A stretch of 64,000 nt of DNA. Origin: Chrysomallon squamiferum. Its lineage: Eukaryota > Animalia > Mollusca. Below, in pieces: positions 54,588 through 64,000 of this stretch (positions are counted from its first letter, which is position 1; every line of letters begins with the position of its first letter). Where the stretch lies: NCBI GenBank assembly GCA_012295275.1, contig CM022668.1:1798001-1862000 (forward strand), in the 5' to 3' direction. The notes beneath the pieces were generated by a model. It was not told the DNA's origin. It ran no database searches and saw only the letters and a list, made by a program, of their open reading frames with translations. The position numbers were made by a program, and so were the translations under genes.

Positions 54588-56022
54588 ATTATCATAATTT
54601 TATTTCATGCAGAAAAAAAGTGTTTAAAAAATCAGTAGTTGAAGAAAGCTCATGTGTCTCATTATTTTCAATGTTTCTGTTGTTTGTTTATTGCTTTTTT
54701 CTTTTATCTTTTTTTTTTTTAAAGTTTATCTTAGATTTCTTCAACTTTGAGATTTTTTATTTTAAGTTTACTATTTTCAAGTTTAATATGAGATCTGAGG
54801 CGATAGTGTGGAAGAATCGATACAGAAACATTTGTGACAGTCTTGTTGGAAACTAATCTCAGTTTGTTGAAACGTTAGACGTAACACAGGTTGTGATTAT
54901 TACTTTTCGATATATCACACACTTGAGTTAAAATCTGCAAATCTTTCAAAGTGAAGAGACGTTTAACTTGTCAGTGATTTCTCCGATAAAATCTTCTTCA
55001 ATCTTACACCATCATTTCTCGTGTCGTAATATATTTTTATGTGTTTTTCATTCAATATTATATATATATATACTGTAAATAATAAACACTGGAGTCACTT
55101 GAGACAGATTGGAAGTACAGTTTGGGTTAAAATAATGATTTATTCATTCAGAATTACACTTCATGCAATTCATGCTTCTTTTCTTTCTTTTCCTTTTTAG
55201 AAACCCCCTCCCAGAAATGAAAAATAAAAATAGCCCCACACAAAAATAAATAAAAATTAAATAACTAAGAAACGTATCATGCATGTCTGTATTTATAAAT
55301 AAAAAAAATGTCAGGTGATAAAATATTTTTCGATTAATTCTCTTTTATGTTGCAATCAAAGTCGCCTTTGTTTTGATCAGTTTCTTTTTTGTTATGTTTA
55401 ATTCTTATTCTAATGATTTACCGCAACAAAGAGTAATGTCAGTGAGCTGATAAAGAGAAAATATTGGAGACAAAAATAAACATGCACTTTGATCTGAGCA
55501 CATCAACTGATCTTGCCACACAAGCCTGTTACAGCGAGTTTACTTTTTTATCTTGTTTATTAAATTTTCAAACTATCACTCACTGTGATCTGCAGTTTTT
55601 CTCAAAACGCTGTGATTTCAGCGTAAAAACTAAATAAAAAATATACTCCTCTCTCCTGCAAACTATGGACCAAATTCTGAACAAAGAAAATTTAATTTCG
55701 AGTTAACTGGTTTAAGCAAAAATAGGATGATGATGATTTCTAATATTATTATTATTATTATTATTAATTTTGTTGTGATTGATGATGATGATGATAAGGT
55801 TGTTGTTCTGATACTATTTAAATACTGTACACAGAATTAAGAAATGTTAGTGTATTGTACAAAGTATACAATGCATTACATACAATACAATACAATATAC
55901 AGTTTTTTAGTTTCAACTATCTATAACTTACAATGTCGTAAATAGATATGTCTAGCGACTTAAATGTAACTTTATAGGTAAATAATTTTAACAAATTCTG
56001 TTTTGTCTTATTTTATCAGATC

Positions 56023-56123
56023 CTATCTTACCCTTTCAAACTGTTCTATCTTACCCTTTCAAACTGTTCTATCTTACCCTTTCAAACTGTTCTATCTTCC
56101 CTTTCAAACTGTTCTATCTTACC
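56023..56123. repeat. 23-bp tandem repeat, about 4 copies
   Basis: Unit ctatcttaccctttcaaactgtt. Confidence 0.92.
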
Positions 56124-56279
56124 TTGTTTTACCATACCAACTGTTATTGTTTGCCTGTTATTTTCTTGTTGCTGACTCTCGTTTGTTTATATGTCCGTGT
56201 TACCTATACGTATGACGTCACGCGACGTAAGCTCGATTGTTTTATGTCAACGTCAGAGCACAGTAAGGCGAGTAAGGCG

Positions 56280-56335
<56 letters not shown>

Positions 56336-56684
56336 GACCATCATCATTCTCAATATCAATGTTAATTTACAGATGTTACTGCCTAGGTATTTGACTGATG
56401 ATATACGTTTTCGCTGAAATCCTAATAGTTTCATTCAGTAATTCTTTCTATCGTTCTTTCTTTTTTTCTTGATTGTTTGTTTGTTGGTGTGTTTGTCTGC
56501 TTGTTTAATTAATGAATGTTTGTTAATTGTTTATTTTTACAGTTTTGCTTTCACTTTCTTCAATACTTAATTTGTACTCTAGTTATTTATTCGTGTTTTT
56601 ACACACTCAGTTTTACTGCTCTTTTTTAGTGTAGCAATAAAGCGTGCAGATTTAGAATCTAACAAGAAAAGTACATTAACAGAG

Positions 56685-56880
56685 ACCGCGACTCCGCGTC
56701 CTACTCGCGTTCAAAGTTTCACTTACTCAAATAAAACAGTAATGCGTATTCTAGCCGCGCAATTTACACACACAGATTGTTACTGTACACCTGTATCGTT
56801 TGAGCTGATTGGCTCGCTCAGCCAAGAAGAAAAAGCAATTACCCAATCAAAAGGAGAGCAAGATGGAAGTGACTCGTAGA
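56685..56880. promoter_or_regulatory. Promoter-like CpG-rich patch with CCAAT boxes
   Basis: CGCG-rich; contains gattggct and cccaatca, gccgcgcaa (E2F-like) and ttcaaa (CHR-like). Confidence 0.3.
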
Positions 56881-57129
56881 CAAATATTAACTTGAAATTT
56901 GCTTTAAGAAAACGATTCGCTGTAAAATGTTGATCAAATCACATCAGTATTACACAAAGTAATCTGATCACTGCAAATTTTACTTCTCCTTCATCGGCGT
57001 TTTCTTAATCATTGACATGTCAGTTTTATTATCTTTTATATTGTTGTTGTTGTTGTTGTTTTAGCTTTTGTTGATTGTGATGACGTTGATGTTTTATAGT
57101 TAATAATAATACTAATACTAATAATAATC

Positions 57130-57160
<31 letters not shown>

Positions 57161-57236
57161 CAACAACAACAACATTAACATTAGAGAAATCTAGATACGA
57201 TGAGTTTATAGAAAGAAAGTGAATCGTGGTTTTACA

Positions 57237-57277
<41 letters not shown>

Positions 57278-59091
57278 CACACAAACACACACACACATTA
57301 TAAATAAATTAATTAATTAAAAAGGGGACAAAGTGTGAAGCGTAGAAGGGTTTTAAAAGATAAATTATTTATTCTTAGGAAGAGTTTTGAATTATTCTAT
57401 TAACTAGTGATTTTAAAAATAGGCGTGCTTTAAATGTTGTGATATAAACTAGAAACGTTATTCTTAATATTACCATAGACAATGACTGTTGTGTTATATC
57501 GCTGTTAAAAGATCACTTCATCGCATTTATCTGGTCACATAGTAAAAGTGTTAACTATAGCTGTCTTACTAGTAATTTGTTTAAAATCTTCTGTTAAAAA
57601 AAAGAAGAAGAAAAAAATAACAAAAAAAAAAAAAATGAAAGAAACTAAAAAAAAAAAAAATCTTACTTTTCCAAAACGTCACCGTCGTTAGATTTATGCA
57701 GATAAAACAAATATTATTTTAAAAGTTTAAATTTATGAAAAGTATTTTGTACACAGAACATGTGGAAGGAAGAACAGATATTACGAAGGAACGTTATAAA
57801 TTGTTTCGTTGATAAAGCAGTTAATATTTTTCTTGAAAGGTTTTCAATTACGTTAAAAAAATGAATATTTAATGAGAAGCTGTGCTTATCGGAGAGGTTT
57901 TTATATCAAGACCGATCAAAATACAAACGTTAGAGCTGAATTGTGATAGTTCTGTAAATAGATTATTAATGATACCAGTCTACGAAATTACCTCTAAATC
58001 CTTTTCATGTAAAGTCCATCACAGGTCGATTAGTAAATTTATTTATTATCAGTCCGCTTCGCCATTGATCGTGTTTGCAGAAATTGATTATGCATTTATC
58101 TTGAATAAGAAGATCACGAGATTTTCAGTGTACTGAAATATATCATAGGTTCCATCTATTCACAGACTACAAATCTGTTAACTTCATTTTTCTAAATTTG
58201 TGTTAAAAATTATTTTCAAAGAATAAAATGAAATAGTTGTCAAGGGGATAAATATACAGTATATGTACTTTCTTTTTTCTTTTCTTTTCTTCTTCTTCTT
58301 CTTCTTCTTCTTCTTCTTCTTCTTCTTTTTCTTCATTATTACTGTTTCGTACGATACGTTATAAATCATTTATTATTTTTTACTTTTGTTCTTGTTGTTA
58401 ATTTGTTTGTTTTAAGTCTGAAGTTGTGTAAATTTAGAACATCGAAAGGAGAAAAAGAGTTTTCATTGTTTTGTCTTAACAACTGTTTTTTGTTGTTGTT
58501 GTTGTTCTGCTTCTTCTTGTTATTAGTAGTATTGATGTTGTTGTTGTTTTGTTATTACTGTTGTGGTTGTTGTTCTTTTTTTTTTTTTTCTTCTTCTTAT
58601 TATTATTAGTATTGTTGTTATTGTTGTTGTTGTGATTACATATATAAGTTTGTGCGTGCTTGTGGTCTTGCTGTCTTTAACTGTAACATGTAGTCTTTCT
58701 GAAACACGAAATATTGGCCAGACGCCTAAAACAACAAGCAAATAAATACCTCCAAGTTTTCTACATTGCACAGCCATTCCATCTGCCATTTTCCTTAGCT
58801 TTTACTGAGTGACGGACGTAGAACGATAAGAACAGAACTACTATCCTAAAAACGATGTTTATTTAACCAGACGTTCATTGAGTGAACTATTCTTATCAGA
58901 ATATTTATAGTTTTGTACTTTTAAACGTGAAGGAATCTATGTATTTTTAATGTCTATTAAAGAGTTTCTTGCAAACAGGGCGGAATGTGTGGTACAGCGC
59001 TGCAAATGGCTGTTTCTGATTTCATTAACCTGCCTGTAGTCACGGATGTGTGACGCCATACACAGTGAAGTATCAAACTGTTGAGCACGTA

Positions 59092-59191
<100 letters not shown>

Positions 59192-59295
59192 GTATCTATT
59201 TTTCGATCGGTCTTTTTAGTTTCGCTCGTTCTTAATCTAACTGAAACTGAACACTGCTCGATGTGAAAAAGATTTACGAGGACAGAAAAACTACG

Positions 59296-59330
<35 letters not shown>

Positions 59331-61013
59331 CGGATCTCTGAGCTGTTACAAATTAAAACTTCATCCGGTCTGGCGCGACATTTCTAGTTAAAATTAGTTA
59401 ATAGATTTTCTCACTTCAGAATGAAGCATTTTGGGAATCATTCATTCAAAAGACCGCCACACAACAAGATGCACGTCTTAATTATATCCCTGTGTCTATA
59501 CCCCATCGACACTGTCCATGCTAAATAAAACTTGTTCAATTTTAACAGAACATTTTTCTAGCGTCGATCGTGCCCTCCACACAACAAATAAATAAATAAA
59601 ATATAGTAAAAAAGAAAAATATCCATAAACTTTGTAATAATCTACATTCCACTGTCAGTTATTACAAGAAGCGGTTACACAGAATAACAGTTAATATCTT
59701 AGTTACAAATCATTTTTGAAGTCTATGAAATAATCCATAGCTGTAAGAAGAGTTAAATAAAGTTATTTACATAGTTTTATATATATACACACATATAGTT
59801 ATAAACACAAACAATCAACTAAAGTTATATACCAGTTATATACATTTAGTCAGTTATTATGAGCTATAGGCATGGGGACAGTTAAACAGAGTTATATAAA
59901 CAACTGTATAAAATTATAGCATAGTTATATACAGAGAGGCAGTAACAGACAATCATATAATAACATAGTAAGTCTTATGTACGTATAGCTAGTTATACAC
60001 AGTTATATAGAGACAGATATAGAAAATATAAATAAATGAATGAAGTAAAAAAACAAATTAAAAAAAAAACGAAATAAAAAGGAAAGAAAAACGAAATTAA
60101 AAAAAAAAAAAGAAAAGAAAAAGTAGAAAAATGACGAATAAAATTTGTTTTTAATTTGTATAAATGATTTTAAATATTTGCACGTAAAATTTAAATTAAA
60201 ACGAGATATTTGAAATTCCATGCACGATGAACAAACAACGAAAGTTCTTCACATTACTGAAAAGTCACGTCATTTTGTAAAAGGAAAACAAGAAAAACAT
60301 TTGCCTGCTTAAAGTAATTAACAGACGTTGTTTTAAATTCATAATTTAGAAATGTAAGGAGCTGTTATTACAATACTGATAAATACTAGAGCGCAGATTC
60401 GATATAGTGACGTCACTGGTTGTAGTTTTAATTATTATCCTTTTCATAGTTGCCGTCGTTATTAAAACATTACTTACCATAACATCAATAACAATCATCA
60501 TTATTAGAACGTCATCCATATCGGCCTATTCATTAAAAGATTACACACCATGAAATGAACGTGAACAACAAATCGACTACAGCGAGAAAAAGAATCAGAA
60601 GAAATAAAGTACAAAGAATTCTGCTCTACTGAGACAGATACAAATGTTAGCAGATTTGCCAGCTGAATAGGCAGTTTCTTTTCTCATACATACAACTAAA
60701 GATTCGTAGCGTACAAAACTACGGCTATAATACAACATTTGTCTTTGTTCGCGTTATGTTGACGTCAAATTAGGCTGGTAACTAATGGCTCGGAACAATG
60801 ATATGACGTCATAGATCAGAAACTGCCTCGCTCGGAAAAGACTTCAAAGATTAATATAAGATAGCAGCAAGAAGCCGGAAGAAGAGAGAAATAAAGATGC
60901 AATCGATCACGAGTTTTTACATGGCTACACTCTCGTCTGGTAAAGGCCATGCCAGCAATTACAACAACATCACAAGTTATACGTTATAGTAAATATTAAA
61001 AATAAACATTTAC

Positions 61014-61079
<66 letters not shown>

Positions 61080-61804
61080 AGGACTGGATAGAAAGAGGGA
61101 TGTAGAAAGGATGGATGTAGAAGGATTTTGTGAAAGTTAAGATAATAATAAAAACAAATAAAAATAATTTATAAAAATAATGATGATGACGATGAAATAA
61201 ATACATAAATAAAATAAAACGACAGCATTAAATAGTCACATTCATACGTAAAATAAAACTTTCCCTATAAGATTTTTCTTTTAAAGGTTGACTGAAATAT
61301 TAGTTTTGTTTATTTATTTAGTTACTTACATGTGTGTTTATTTATTTGTTTACTTAATCAGTTAGTTGGTTATAGTTATTTATTTAGTTAGTTACAGAAT
61401 AACGCTATGTAAGTAGTGGCTGGTGAACTTTGTAATGACGAAGCCAATCTCTCCCTCCTCAATCTTGTTATCGTTCGATTATCAAGCAGTGTTTGTCACA
61501 GTTTACATTAGTGTGCAGAATCAAACGCGACCTCGTGAATGAAACGTTGGAGAACGATTTGTAAAGATGCTGAACCTGTCAGAACTATATCGGCAACACT
61601 CATCTCACACGTGACCCCAAGACTGGCCTCAAATGAGGTCTGACAAGATATGAAATCGAAACTCGATTTGTAAGAATACAAACGTTCAAAATAAGATGAA
61701 ATAAAAATGGACGTCTCTCAATCAACCGACCGCGTTAATTATTTACATGAATTGAGTTTTATTACAAATTATTATTTTTTATTATTATTCGCAGAAATAA
61801 GAAG

Positions 61805-61856
<52 letters not shown>

Positions 61857-62607
61857 TAAAAAAAATAAAAAAAAAAAAAAAAAAAAAAAAGAAATAACGA
61901 AAAGAAAAGAAAAAATATATATTAGAAGTGTGTTTACTGTAGAGTCTCTCCAGTGTTTGCTTTCTTTTTATTTTTGGCCAGGAATCAATAAGACAAGTCT
62001 CTGAATGAATCTTTATATATTTGTTGTTCTTGCTCTGCTTTTAGATGTTTTATTTTTTAATTATTATTATTTTTTACGTTTGTTTATTTTTGCTTTTGTT
62101 TTTGGTTAATACAGTCCACGATTACTTCTCTTATTTTTGTTTCTTTCTTATAGCATTTTTTCCTTCTTCTGTCTGTGTCAGTCTGCGTATATGTTTGTTT
62201 GTTTCTAGTTATTTACTTAAATTATATTTTATGTTTTGAAAACAAATTATTTAAGCAACTTCTGTTCATTTATTTACATTTATTTACCGCGTGTTTCTGA
62301 AATAAATAATATTGTTTGTTTGCTAATTAGTAAGTAACTGAAATATAAAACCGAAAATCTCAAACAGACGGTTTTGTATTTCTTTTCTCATTATGATTCT
62401 ACAAAATCAAATGATTGGCACCTAATAAGCGTTATTAAACAGTCTGTTGACATGTCCGTAATTATTTATTAATTAGATATATTTATAGAAACTGATCTTC
62501 CCTGTTAATGCTAATTATCATCACAAACACAGAAAGCTCCAGTGACTGGCAAACATCGTGGTTTCACACAACATACAGAGGCCTTTAAAATATACTTTAC
62601 ACACACA

Positions 62608-62852
62608 GTAAATAACAAGGTTTTTATAGAGATATATGTGAATAAATAACTATGAATATGTATAGTTTACTGAATAACAAACACTTTGTACAGATATGTT
62701 TATATAAATAGCTATGAATATGGAGAGTTTATTAAATAACACTCAGTTTATTAAATAACAAACTCTTTATACAGATATCTTTAAATAAATAACTATGAAT
62801 ATACAGAGTTTTCTAAATAACAAACTCTTTATACAGATATCTTTAACTATGA
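62608..62852. repeat. Tandem repeat of about 60 bp
   Basis: Recurrent aataacaaactctttatacagatatctttaaataaataactatgaatat. Confidence 0.8.
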
Positions 62853-64000
62853 CATTAAGTATAAAGTATCTTACATAATCAGCTTTAGATTCGACATAGT
62901 AAACAAATCTTCCGTGTAAATTATATTTTCTAAAAACACGGTAAAAAAGCATTTCTCAAATGTTGTGTTCAGTGGAATAGATCCTGGAAGAGAGAAAGAA
63001 GTATCACATTAGAGACGCCATTAAATTATCACGCTTAGACGGGAAATCACCGACAATCGACATTACGTCATGACACTAGCTGACTCGCACAGTGCAGCTT
63101 GAACTGAAATAATCTTCTACACTGATTCACTTAACGTGGTTTAGACTTGTTTACTGAAGACTTGTTAAGGACTGCTTAACACAACGTAATGCATCTTGAG
63201 TCTTGATTGGATTATGTTTCATCTTTAATATCCACTTGTTTTGAGCGGAGTTTTAAAAGTAATATCACATGTACCTCTTTAGACAAACAGAAAACACACC
63301 TGAAATGATAATCTGTAACATTAATATTTCCTACAGGTGAAAAGCTTAATAGTTCTTGTACAATCGTTTGCTACAGTTTTATTTATTTTTTGTTTATTTT
63401 TATTTTCTATTTATTTAAAGTTTATTTTTGGTAAAACAGCGGCTGCTCTAATTAAGTTAGGTATCAGTTTTATAGCTTGAAATACATTTTTTTTTCAAAA
63501 TCTGTTTGTTAGACGTCATAAAGAAAAACAATAAAAGTACACAGCTCTATGAGAACACTGTCAGTAATTAAGAGTCTTAATATAAGTAACATCTATTAAC
63601 GAGAACACTTTAAAACGAGCTGGATGTATGAGCTCTTTCTAAGTATTTATTTTTAAAGAAGTTTGATCTTCCTGCTTTACTGTTAACTGTGGTAATAGCT
63701 GACTGATCTAAAAGCTGTCTGGTGATGATCAAACAACGACGATATTTTATGATCATCTGAAAAGGGAGAGAAACACAAATTGCTTCCTGACTCGACTGGA
63801 ATTATTTCTTTGCATCATTTTATAAATGGCGTTTCTCGTGTCATGTCTGGTAACTGTTCTGAAGCGAGACGTGGTTCAATGGTCGAGGTGGGAGGCGGAG
63901 GTCTCGCGGGCCAACGTTCTTTCGTGAACCCCTTGATTTAGTCCATCAGCAGGTCAGCGTGTCTGACTGGTTTATCGCAGGCCATACTCTCTCTCTGTGT

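Overview
AT-rich, microsatellite-dense animal genomic DNA, most consistent with a mollusc (probably a gastropod, inferred from the receptor type and repeat landscape). Three spliced protein-coding genes could be assembled by hand from GT-AG sites and exon phases. (1) A minus-strand gene with ten exons between 8886 and 252 (1950 nt, 650 codons, open across all junctions) encodes an extracellular mosaic protein TSP1-GON-GON-TSP1-TSP1-TSP1. It runs off the left edge and its 5' end is unresolved. (2) A plus-strand two-coding-exon vasopressin/oxytocin-type (conopressin-like) GPCR, 18201-20781, about 409 aa. (3) A paralogous minus-strand receptor, 39652-33545, about 421 aa, tail-to-tail with the first. 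The rest is intron and intergenic sequence with many minisatellites, two inverted copies of a tRNA-derived SINE-like element, a strong CTCF-like site and many perfect CRE palindromes. The most notable observations are the internal tandem GON domains built from a duplicated phase-1 three-exon cassette, the F/Y difference between the two receptors at the ECL1 peptide-selectivity position, and duplicated decoy splice acceptors, one of them inside a hairpin. Most ORFs in the supplied track are artefacts of simple repeats.
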